Below, one piece after another: positions 12,484-23,900 of a stretch of 64,000 nucleotides of DNA. This stretch comes from Mobula hypostoma (Eukaryota): contig NC_086107.1 in assembly GCF_963921235.1 (NCBI RefSeq), forward strand, positions 102,240,001 to 102,304,000, given 5' to 3'. The translations under genes and the position numbers were made by a program. Position 1 is the first letter of the stretch. The number at the start of each line of letters is the position of its first letter. The notes below the pieces were generated by a model. It worked only from the letters and a program-made list of their open reading frames with translations, was not told where the DNA came from and searched no databases.

Positions 12484-13115
12484 CTACAAAATACATACAG
12501 AAGACACCTGAAGAATTCTAGAACATTTTATCTGATGACTATCTGGTTGGTTCAGATGGATATTTTCTTATCATAGGCTAATAATGCATCAACAAATTAC
12601 CCTGCAAAGACTTGTTGAAATATGCCATTATGATTCTGTTTACTTTCATTTCCAGCTACAAATTTAATATCTTTTTAAAATTATGCTTGTTGCTGCAATT
12701 TTATCCCACAAGTAAAATGGGTTGATTTTTCAAACAAGAATCACAATTATGTTGAAAATGTCAAATATCTAGAGCATATTAGCAAAATACAAGCAATGAT
12801 GCCCTCAGCCAACCCCTCCATCTACATCTCTCTACCAAGGTCCTAGATACTCTGGTCCTACGCAGTTGTTTTTCAGCTAAAATTTAGTGTGTCTGTGTAT
12901 CTATATAAAAATTGCTTATTATTAATTGCCACTACCAACCAGAATAACACTTTCTGTGATTAGATTGGATAATTTTAAACTTAAAAAGCTTCAATACACT
13001 GCCACCATACTGTCCAGTATTTACATCACAATGGGAAAATAAGTTATTCGAAGACATTAGTTAATTCTGAGCAGAAACTGAGCTCTAGTATATTTTGATA
13101 CAATCTGAGAAAAAT

Positions 13116-13142
13116 TCCAGCATCTGCAGATTTCCTCGTATT
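13116..13142 (+). mobile_element. 27-bp Penelope-like 3'-tip insertion with 10-bp TSD
   Basis: tccagcatctgcagatttcctcgtatt flanked by TGAGAAAAAT at 13106-13115 and 13143-13152. Matches the ends of the copies at 33727 and 40458. Confidence 0.8.
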
Positions 13143-13309
13143 TGAGAAAAATAATTCCTTTTTTAATACATAAATTATCAATATTTAATGATTATTTCAC
13201 TAGGCATCTATAAAATGGAATGTGAATATTTCATGGATTGCACAGTGACAACCTGGGGACAAATCTTTAACAACTGGTACTGCTTTGAACGCAGCTTGTT
13301 TGTACCTAC

Positions 13310-13552
13310 CCATAGCATTCATAGGCCGTATAGGTTGGTGCCCCTGTGAAGGCTGAGACGATTGCTGGTTCTGCATCGCAGGTTGAGGCTGCATCTGATT
13401 ACCCTGATACGTGAGTCCAAGCGCTGCGTAGGCTCGCTCTATAGAGCTTGGGTCGATCTGACTGGTAGTGTTTATACTTGGCGTGGTTGGTTGTCCAACC
13501 CCTACTGACCCCAATGAATTTCCTAATCCTACTGCTGCACCAGCTAACAATG
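13310..13552 (-). CDS. EP300: EP300 exon 6 (...SQIDPSSIERAYAALGL...)
   Basis: 243 nt, ccacag| and G|gtaggt. IDPSSIERAYAALGL is the p300-type motif. Confidence 0.94.
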
Positions 13553-13975
13553 CTGTGGAAAATGAAAAGAAGTTGAATTTATAATTTAGTTTATGTGGAT
13601 AACACATCTTTTGCTATAACAGGCTCAAGTTCCTGCCATTATCCAAAGTTACTGCATATGTTATCTAAGCATTGCTGCATGTAATTTTGAGCTACTTCAT
13701 TTTCTGTGGACAACCTAAAGTCTTGCTTTGATTCATTCAGTTTTACCTTGATGACACAATTATATCTTAAAACTTGCTTTATCGCCTTTTTTGGAGCTCT
13801 GATGAGAGGTCATAATTATAAAGGAAATTCCTAAATCACCTACTTATAGTCCATACTGCAAGTTTAACATAAGTCTGAGTGAATCAAATGAAGTCAGGAA
13901 GCCAAGATTATAAAGAATTTTAATACTGTGGATCTTTTGTGCCATGGTTTTTTAGACTTTCAAAGCAGTACTCAC

Positions 13976-14089
13976 ATTGCTGGTTGCGTTTGTCCCCAGC
14001 GTTTTTCAGAGGGAGACAAACAGGACAGTCGTGCCTTGTGCAGTTCTTCCAATGGGAGATGATCTGACGTGAGGACGCACAGTGTGCAA
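13976..14089 (-). CDS. EP300: EP300 exon 5, TAZ1 C-half ([38 protein letters not shown])
   Basis: 114 nt, ttccag| and |gtgagt. NAGDKR is the p300 form (CBP has NASDKR). Confidence 0.97.
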
Positions 14090-14523
14090 CTGGAAATGAT
14101 CAGCAACAAATGAAACAATTAGGGCAGACAAAAACGTCAAACAATCAGAACTCCACATTCAAAGAAATTTAAAACAAGAGTTCCAAACTCTGATACCTCA
14201 ACTAAATCACCACAGAAATTCCATTCTTTGCTACAGCAGGTGGTATTAACAGGATGTAATCACAGGTCAACTGCAATAGAAACAGGTTCTTCATAAGTCT
14301 GACCTGGTGATTTAGATGAGCATTCAGCATCATCATGTGCCCAATGGAAGCGAATGTACAAAGAGTTGAGGTACATTTTGGAGGAATATAAACAGTACAA
14401 CAAAAAACAGGAGAAAATCCAGGACTATGCTAAATAATCTGAAACAGTACAAAAATCTCTGCACAACCAAAATAGCAGACAAGCTCCTAACTGTGTTACA
14501 TTACCAGTTGAGTCCATACTCAC

Positions 14524-14779
14524 CCTGACAAGATTTGCCAGCCTGACAGTGCGTCATGTGATTGAGGACATTCTTCATAGTTCGGCAATGAGGCAAGTTG
14601 CAGGGCCGTACCTCACCGTTTGCTTGTTCCCGACGCTGGCATTTGTGTGCATGTAGGAGCAGAACCAGCTGTTGCTGGATGAGTTTTCGTTTCTCTGGAT
14701 CTGCTGTAGGTGCAGAACCCATCCCCTGCCCTGGAGGTTGCCCCATTCCTCCTTGTTGCACTGGAGAAGGTTGCTGTGG
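14524..14779 (-). CDS. EP300: EP300 exon 4, TAZ1/CH1 zinc finger N-half ([32 protein letters not shown]...CQAGKSCQ)
   Basis: Canonical TAZ1 sequence. Acceptor tttttgaag| (an in-frame CAG lies 6 nt downstream). Donor G|gtgagt. Confidence 0.95.
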
Positions 14780-14839
14780 CTTCAAAAAGAGAACTTTATT
14801 AATTAATGTAGCACTTTAACATCAGAATTTCAATCCAAA

Positions 14840-15130
14840 ACAGCACCTTTAGAAGTAGTCAAAATTGTTAAACAGAATGTGACAACCAATTTGCACACTA
14901 CAAGATCTCACAAGCTACAATGAAATTCCAATCAAGTAATCTATATTTAACAATTCAATAATATCTATGATAAAAAAATCCTGTCATATTAAGTAGTCTT
15001 GGAATCTTTTGAATTCACATTAACGGACAACTGGAATCTCAGTTATCCAGAATTACAACAATGCAACTCCCTTTAGACAGGCGCTAGTCAAGATCGGGTA
15101 CACAAATCTCCTGAGTAAGACTAACTCATG
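14840..15130 (-). mobile_element. Old Deu-domain SINE-like remnant (AmnSINE1/SacSINE1-like)
   Basis: ccaatttgcacactacaagatctcacaa...ggaatctttt resembles the Deu-SINE core as I recall it. Related copies at about 51130-51400 and 58550-59960. Confidence 0.5.
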
Positions 15131-16449
15131 ATAAAACAAAAAGAAGATCTATCACAGATTTAATGTTAACTAGCAAAATCAATTCAACACATAATAGCAT
15201 GCAAACTTAAGTATCAATTCTATCAATTTGTTTAGGGTTCAGTGGTACAAGTTTCTTCACAATCCTATTTAACAGTGATGTTTAGACAGCAATTCCATTC
15301 AACACCCTTCTCTTTTGAAATGGTCATCCTTTTTCAGTCATAACGATGTTCTTGTATACAAACAGGTGAAGTTCTCTCAACAGGCTTTTTGATCAAAACA
15401 CCACCAACTGGTCTGATGGTTTTGTGTTCATCTCATTTATCAGATGCTTGACTACCCAACAAAACTGTAATCACTGTCTATTCTTAATTTTCTTTGAGGT
15501 GGAGGTGGCAATGACGTCCCACCTTCTTGAACTGCTGTAATAAGATAAGCCAGTAGTTACTTAATAGAAAACCCCTTCATTTAGATCCAGCAATACTTCT
15601 AACTCAAGGTGGAGAGAGAGAGGAGGTGAACATGTTGATAGCACTTTCATGAACCATGCCTGTGCCCTCCCTGACAGTACAGAACATGAGTTTTATTATT
15701 AGGTGGTGTTGTTCTGAATACAGTACACATCTTGGGTGGTGGATGTCAAAGCAGTATACAAAAATGATTAATTTTGAAGTATCGACTAATGATCGCACAA
15801 TAAATGATTACAGCATGGCAGAATATTAACTTCAGCTTCAGAACAAGAAATTTAGCTCTGATACAAGTGTCCAAAACATCGAAAGGAAATTACACCAGTA
15901 TGAGCAAGACTTTGCTAAAGTGGACCAAAAAAAAAAGATTAAAGAGTAAAATACTAGATCAATAATGACAGACATTTACGGAGGCATTTCTTAAATTTTT
16001 TGCATAGGTACATTCCAGTGAGAAAAGCAGGCTGTACAAGAAAGACAGTACCTATGGCTAAGAAACAAATGTAAGGATGCCAGGTAATTTTTAACAAAAG
16101 GGGTATACAATATTGTAAAGATTAGCAATAGGCCAGAAAATTGTGGAATTTTATTAAAAACCAAATGACAAATTTAGAGAAAACATTGAGAGCAATGTTT
16201 GTTCAAGTAATATAAAAAAGACAAAACAGCTTTTAGAAATATGTATAAAGGAAAAGAGTATAATACCCAAATGTTGGTCCAGTCCAGGATGACTAAAATT
16301 CTTACAAGGAAACAGAGAAATGGCAGAGATTTCTAAATAATGGCTGATCGACTAAAATGAGGTACAGTCTTGTACTTTAGTGTAAAATACAGTCTCGTCT
16401 CCATCATTCTAGAAAACTAATGCTGCTAAAGGCTAACAGTCTTTGAATC

Positions 16450-16577
16450 TCAAACACAAGAAAATCTGCAGATGCTGGAAATCCAAAGCCACACACACAA
16501 AATGCTGGAGGAACTCAACAGGTCAGGCAGCATTTATGGAAATGAATAAACAGTCGATGTTTTGGGCTGAGACCCTT
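16450..16577 (-). mobile_element. Penelope-like 3' terminal fragment nested in CR1
   Basis: aaaatctgcagatgctggaaatcc...cacaaaatgctggaggaactc...cagtcgatgttttgggctgagaccctt is the reverse complement of the 40360-40485 end. Confidence 0.8.
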
Positions 16578-16756
16578 AAATTTGATGGCTTACACCCAGG
16601 ATCTTAAAAGAATTGGGTGCATTGACTGTAATCTATTAGAATTCCCTCTATTCCTGGGGTGGAGGTTCCCAGTGAATTTTAACATAATACCACTGTTGTT
16701 TAAAAAAGGAGGGAGAAAGGAAGCTGGATGCTACAGCTCAATTAGCCGAACATCTA

Positions 16757-19060
16757 ATTCTTTCACTGTTCTACTTACCAAGAGAGCTCTCCTCCATGAC
16801 CCTGACCGGCATTTACATAACGCCAAAGGCCGATGTTAAGCAGGCACTCAAGGTATGAGTGCTGCCATGAGCAAACAGCTTACCCCAATACCTTTCAAAT
16901 CATTGTTGGAGATTTCAAATGAGGCTTGTTTGAAGAAATCTCTGCCCAATTACCACCTGCAACACTCGGTGTCACAACACACTCCATCACTGCTATACCA
17001 TGATCAGGAATGGCTACTGCCCCATGCCTAGACCACATTTCAAGAAATATGATCACTTGGCTCCCCTCCTTCTACCTGCATACAGGCAGAGGCTAAAGAA
17101 CAAGGCTCCAGAAATGAGGACAATGAAGAAGTGGTCGTGAGAGGCAAAGGAGCAGTTACGAGATTGCGTCGAGTTGGTGGACCGGGCTGCATTCAAGGAC
17201 TGAGGATCTGAATGAATCCAACATGGCTCTCACGGACTTTATATAAAAAAAAACCAGAGTGTGTCCCTACAAAAATCATTGAGTCTTTCCCGACGAGAAG
17301 CCCTGGATGAACCATGAGATCTGCAGTGCACTGAGGGTCACATCAGTGGCAATTCCAGACCAAACTTGAATCACTGAAGGAAGCTTGTCAGCTGTGGCAG
17401 GGCTTGAGTGCTGTCAAAACATGGGCCATTTTCATTAACTCCCACAGCCTCCGATAACGCTGTGACTTCAGTCGACAAAGCCAATGTGCGAGTATCTTCA
17501 GGAGGGTGAACCTGTGGAAAGCATCTGGCCAAGACAGGTAACCTGGCTGAGTAATTAAGACTTGTGCTGATCAACTGGCTGGAGTGTTCACCAATATCTT
17601 TAACCTCTTGCTTTGGCAGCTTGAAATACTCATTGCTTCAATCATACTGAAGCACTAGAAGAATGAGGTAATCTGTCTCAATGACTATCATCTAATAGTA
17701 CCTACGTCTACTGTGATAAAGTGCTTTGAGAGGTTGGTGATGAAACATATCAACTCCTGCCTGAGAAGCCATTTGGATTCTCTCCTATTTGTCTATCATC
17801 ACAACAGGTCAACAGATGCCATTTCATTGGCTCTTCACTCAACCCTGGAACACTTGGACAGCAACAATGCATACATCAGAATGTTCTTCATTGACTACAG
17901 CCCTCCAATCAATACTATCATCCCCTCAGAACTAATTAATAAGCTTCAAGACCTGGGCCTCAATACATCCTCGTGCAACTGGATCATCAATTTCCTCACT
18001 TGCAGACCCTGGTCTGTTTGGATTGGCAAGAACATCTCCACAATCATCATCAGCACAGGTTGCCTGCTTAGTCCCTTGCTCGACTCACTTTATACTTATG
18101 ACTGTGGCTAAGCACAGTTACAACACCATATTTAAGTTTGCTGATAACACTACTGTTGTTGGTCGAATCAAAGGTGGTGATGGATCAACATATAGGAGAA
18201 AGATTAAAAATCTGGCTGAGTGGTGCCACAACAATAACCACTCACTCAATGTCAGCAAGACCAAGGAGTTGACTACTGATTTCAGGAGGAGGAAACAGCA
18301 AGTCCATGAGCCAGATCTCGGGGGATCAGAGCTGGAGCGGATTAGCAAATTTAAATTCTTTGCTGTTTTCATTTCAGATGTCCAACACACAAGTGCCATT
18401 ACGAAGAAAGCAGGGCAACACCTCTACTACCTTCGAAGTTTGGGAAGATTCAGCATGTCACCTAAAACTTGGACAAACTTCTATGGATGTGTGGTGGAGA
18501 GCATATTGACTGGTTACTTCAGAGCCTGGTATACAAACACCAATGCCCTTGTACGGAAAAGCCTACAAGTAGTGGATACAGTCCAGTCTATCACATGTAA
18601 AAGAACTCCCCTACCAGTGAGCACATCTACACAGAACGCTATTGCAGGAATGCAGCATCCAAAGGAACCCCACCATCCAGATCATGCTTTCTCCTCACTG
18701 CTGCCATCAGCAAGGTGGTACGGTAGCTGCAGGACACACACCACCAGTCTCAGGAACAGTTATTACCCCACAACCATCAGGCTCTTGAGCCAGGGGGATA
18801 ACTTCTCCCGCTCCATCACTGAACTGCTCCCACAACCTATGGACTTACTTTCAAGGACTGCTCACGTTCTTGATATTTATTACTTATTTATTTTTCTTCT
18901 TTAGCATTTGTACAGTCAGTTGTCTTTTGCACATTGGTTGTTGCCCTATTGAGGGCAGTCTTTCATTGATTGTATTGTTTATTGTGAATGCCCGCAAGAA
19001 AATAAATCTCAGGATTGAATTCAGAGACATACAAGTACTTTGATAATAAATTTACTTTGA
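16757..19060 (+). mobile_element. Rex1/Babar-like non-LTR retrotransposon, 5'-truncated and frameshifted (APE remnant + RT)
   Basis: ORFs 17713..18111 (KCFERLV..NRSTDAISLALH..RMFFIDYS..NTI.P) and 18023..18904 (KFADNTTVVG..LNVSKTKE). 3' tail gataataaatttactttga. Confidence 0.88.
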
Positions 19061-19539
19061 GCAAAATGCTACAACCTTAATTAAGCAGACATAAGGATGT
19101 TAGAAAATTGTAAGACCAACAAGAAGAATCATAGTTTTATGTAAGGTACATAAAGTGTGATGAATCTTCAAGGATTCCTTGAGGATATCACAAACAGTGG
19201 ATAAACTGGAACCAGCAGATATTGTGCATTTTTTATTTTCAGAAAGTATTAATTTAAAGGTTGGAACATGTAAGGAAATCCATTTTGGAAGGAACCATGA
19301 AAAAGTTAATTATTTAAACGGAGCAAGACTACAAAGCATTGTGATGCACAGGGATCTTGGAGTTTTAGTATATGTCACTATCCTTTGTCATGCTATGCTC
19401 TGTATTAACAGGGGAGCATAATGATAAAAAAAACTTCATAACGTCTATTTTAGCATTCCCAACAAAACTGATTAAAATGATATGAAACAAATAATGAAAT
19501 AAGAAAGCAAAAGTAAAATGTAAACTTATCAACACTCAC

Positions 19540-19716
19540 CAGGTTTGGCATCCCCACACTACCAGCAGGCTTCTTGTCCATTGTAAACTGAGGCAAATTG
19601 TTTCCTAGTCCTCCCTTATTTTGCATCTGCTGGCCAAGTCCACTGGTACCCAGAGTCTGACTAGCGTTTTGACCATAAGGCTGTCCATAAGGACTTGGAG
19701 TTCCCATCATTCCCAT
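19540..19716 (-). CDS. EP300: EP300 exon 3 (MGMMGTPSPYGQPY...MDKKPAGSVGMPNL)
   Basis: gtag|ATG acceptor, CTG|gtgagt donor, 177 nt, p300-like sequence. Confidence 0.95.
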
Positions 19717-20466
19717 CTACAAGTTAAAAATGAACAGAATTAGTTATCTTTTGCAGAAACTGTTCTTGAACTGTTTGCTTGGAGCTTCATCAGTATATAT
19801 TCAAATACACTGGGGGAAAAAGGACCACAACTTATTTGGAAGATGGATTATCAAATCAAACTGTTTTTGAACAATACCAGTATCCATGAAGTTAACATTT
19901 TTGGCAATCCAACTGCAAGAGAAAGTAGGCTGCACGACCATTAGGAGTATAGAAAGTGTATGTAAATTTGTAACAGATATTTTCTTGCAACTTGAGGGAC
20001 AAGTATTGTTCTATGCGGTGTACAAGATGTACAGAAAAGTTCCAAGTTCAACTTCTGCAAGATTTAAAGAGTAAAGTCCAGGAGGTAGTTCAACTCTGCA
20101 TTAATTATTTTAGATGAACATTTACTATAGCTCATTAGGGCCTGTAGAGACAGGAAGCAAATATTACATTAAATATTACACAATCTTACATTCTATAACA
20201 GTTAGCCAAGATATAATGAAAAGAAATTTTGTCCCAGATGAGCAAATGGAGATATATATGTATTTCCCGGACTTAACTTTTGATATTCTGAATATGCCCT
20301 GAACTGGTTTCAAATAAGGAAGCATATTCTCAATACAAAACTGAAAATGACATAGTACTTCACTAAGAAATCTTAGAAATAAAGTTTATTGCAAGTTATC
20401 TCACTAAAATATCTTGTATTTATAAAATAACAGCATCTTGGTAGCCTTAATAATAAAAGTAGATTT

Positions 20467-20969
20467 TTGGCTCTCCTCCATCATGTCCTGTTTAAGTTTA
20501 GAGAAAATAAGTCGGACATTTGATACATCCTTTAAATTTGAACAAATATGACGACCTGTTATCCAATAGTTTCATTTAATTTGATTTATTACTCTTTCAA
20601 GTTTTTTTTGAGGTTTTAGATTTGATCAGAAAGTTTTTCTCTCCTCTTTTTTTTGGTTGTATCCCCAAAATGGACTGCCCAGTCCCTTTTTTTGTTTTGT
20701 TTGTTCTGTTTTTTTTTATATATAGTGTAATGGGGTTTTATCCCCTTTCTATTTAAAACTCAATTTTTTTCCCTTTCTCCTTTTAGCTGGTAAGAGGAGA
20801 ATTGTTATTTTCTTTTTTTATTATATATTTTATACTAGTTTTTAACAGTATCTATGATTTTGAGTGTCTATTTTAATTTTGGTTACTGATATATATATTT
20901 GAACTAATTCTGCTCTTGATTGTATCTATGTTTTTTAAAATCAATAAAAAGATTAATAAAGAAAGAAAG
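20467..20969 (+). mobile_element. L1/Tx1-like LINE 3' end with T-rich UTR and A-rich tail
   Basis: MSCLSLEKI...F..I*RP C-terminal remnant, AATAAA plus (GAAA)n tail, imperfect TSD AAAAGTA[G/A]ATTT at 20455-20466 and 20970-20981. Confidence 0.65.
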
Positions 20970-23900
20970 AAAAGTAAATTTATTTTAATGTCAAAGGCAT
21001 TTCTGTAAGAACTGTTAAGAATGTTAATGCATTTTGCCTAAGAGGTTACCACAGGCTATGTTGTTTTTAAAAAAAGTGAGATAACATATTTTGCTTTGTT
21101 TTATCCCAATACATCAAAATACTGTAACATGAATAAGGTAACCGGGCAACACCCACATGCAACTTCTCAATTAAGAGATTTGTAACAGGATCTCATTATA
21201 TTTATGCCTCAAATAAAAATTCTAAACCATGCCACCATTCTGGCAATAGGACCCATTACAACCAAATACATACCAGGATTAAATAAATTTATCTGAAGGT
21301 ATGGCATAAATCAAAAGGCACCTTGCTGTAAATGAAAGTATTAAGTACAGCAATGACACTGGCCACCAATGAGCATTTTGTTTACTAACCATAACAAAAT
21401 TAATGTCTCAAAATATGCATTTGGCAATAGAATGACTTCATTTAAATCTGATGCTTTTCCTCCCAACTCTACATTAAGCAAGGAGTGAAGTTTTTTTGGG
21501 GTACAAGAATTTATTAGGGAAAACTATTTATTTAGGAAATTTGGAGGTGACATTATAAGCAAGGAGAATTTTGAAAACAAGTATTTATGGTATTGATAAA
21601 ATATACAGATGCACTAGCAACACACTTTCAATTTGGCTTATTTCACCAACTGTAGTTTCTTTTAATGTTTTGGCATCATACTTAAGCCAAAATAAGCTTT
21701 AATATATAAAAGTGGTTATAATTTCCCAAATATGTTCATCTCAATTTACGTCTGGAAGTTACTTTGATATTCTCCAATTCCAGTGGCAGAAAAAAAATCT
21801 CCGCTTTTTAATCTGAGACAAAGTCACTACTGTGGCAATGTTACTGGTTGTAGCCAAATGCATTCATTTCAAATACATATATTTCAAACGTTCTCTTGAA
21901 CCACATTGCATGTTGGGAGGACAAAATTCATGTACTTTAGAATTTTAACTCAATTCTATAGTTTAATGTAAAAGCCATAATTTTCAAAAATCAAGAATGC
22001 TCTTACTGAGAATGAAATCTAAAACACAAGAACAATTTTATTTAACATAATTCCACTTTAATAGATTTATTAACAAACAAGGGAGCATTGTGGTGCTATC
22101 TAAAGTAGAGAAAAAGAGATTTAGTTATAGGCAGAGATATCAGATTTGTTGACAATTTTTTTCCAGCTGATGAATATGTGCACTACAAAGGCACTTGAGA
22201 AGAGAAATTAATAATCAGCATCTGAAGTGTTGCAGATGATTTGCAAGTAGCATCAAATGTGTTACTATAAACTACAAAAAAAAAGGTTTTACAGCAAATC
22301 CAACTTACCACTTCAAATAGATACACTTGCAAAGTACCCTTCTGATGATTAAACCACGACCACAAATTTTGCCCTCAACTTGCAAATTATCTTCCTGGAC
22401 ATTAGCAATACAATCGTATTGCTTCAGAATTTAACAGAGAACACAGACAAAACATTACCACAGACAAAAAAATGTGGATTACTGGTATAGCATCATGATG
22501 CAACCCCTGGAAGAAAGCCTAAATAAACATGAGGCAAAATAAGAGGGGAACTGGAAGAAGCATGTGGGAAAAGGAGAAAAGAGGATGCACATAGGTGAGA
22601 ACAGACTGGAGAATAAAAAAAGTTCTTCCAAATGTTAGTTCACAAATTTACTCATCAGATTTGGGTGCTGCTGGCAGAGTTCACTTTTATTGTGCCAGCC
22701 AGTTCTTGAAAAGGTGACAGTGAATCCTCAAACTACTGCAGTCTATATGGTACTATCAATCTATGGGGCTGTTTAATAGGAAGTTTAGAATATTAACCAG
22801 CAACAAAGAAACACCAGCAACCAAGAAATAACAATGCCCTGTGCTTTTGCTACCCTAATGTTTTTTTTCTGCCTTTGTGAACTTGAAAGATGCTGTGGTA
22901 AGTTGCCGCAATTCATCCTATTGCAACCATACTATACCAAGATCTACTAAACAGTGGAAGTCACACTTTAAGTGGTAGATTGAATGCCAATGCAACAGGT
23001 TGCTCTGTTCTAGACATCACTGGACCACAAGTGCTTTTGGAACCGCAAGCATCTTGACATTTGAAAAACGTTCCAGTGTACTCCTAAATCATGCTCTATG
23101 GATGGCACAAAGGCGCAGGAATCAGAGGGAAAGGTGTTCACCACAGAATGTGATCTCTTATATAGGCTAAAGCACTATCGTCCAGCAAACTATGAACTAA
23201 AATAACTGGTGGTCTGGCATTTTTGAATCTATAGTACAGATACAGGCTAATGAACTCATTCTATTTTTGGATCTTACATCTTAATTAACTGAGATCTGCA
23301 CTCATTTGTAGATAATTTACCTACTAGTGTACAATGCTTCTGACTTACAGAAAACATTAGGTTTTGGATGAATTCCCTATGTGGCCAGATCTATAATTAA
23401 AGAGAGTTCTGCTTAAGAACAAGATGACCAGAATAATTTCCATTATCCAGCACTAGTCAGGTCCCGAGAGTGTCAGACTAAGGAATTTTAACCTGTAGCC
23501 ATAATATTAATATGACTGGTCCATTTAAATTTCTGATCATTAATGATCCTCAGGATGTTACTGATTGTCCTATTATATATTGAATAGATCTGATCAGTTT
23601 CTTGTGAAGTAATTACTGGTTGGCACATGAGATCTAAATGTTAACTGTCATGTTTGAATCAGGCTACATATGCAGCCACAGTGTGTAGAAATGTAATTGA
23701 AGGTGAAACTAGCAATCAGAGGATATTCCCAACTTTGACTTCATGGTATAGGAAAAGGTAGTTGCCAAAACAACTGAAGATAGTTATACCCACAATGGTA
23801 TGTTGATGAACCCCGAAGTTTGCTAAAATTGTATGTAAAAAAAAAATCAAAATATAACAGATTAAAATATTTTGAATGCAGTTTTGAATAACTAGGTTGA

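Larger units (their letters stand above)
15850..19430 (+). mobile_element. Old CR1 LINE, host of two nested insertions (intron 3)
   Basis: DGLHPRILK-like sequence and PLLFKKGGRKEAGCYSSIS end at about 16755. The CR1 RT resumes after 19060 (..DIVHF.F.., YLNG..LQ....RDLGVLV). Confidence 0.75.

Noticed and set aside
13799..13832. CTGATGA...GAAA as an intact hammerhead (also 37223-37244)
   Set aside because: Helices I and II cannot be formed; at most a decayed remnant.
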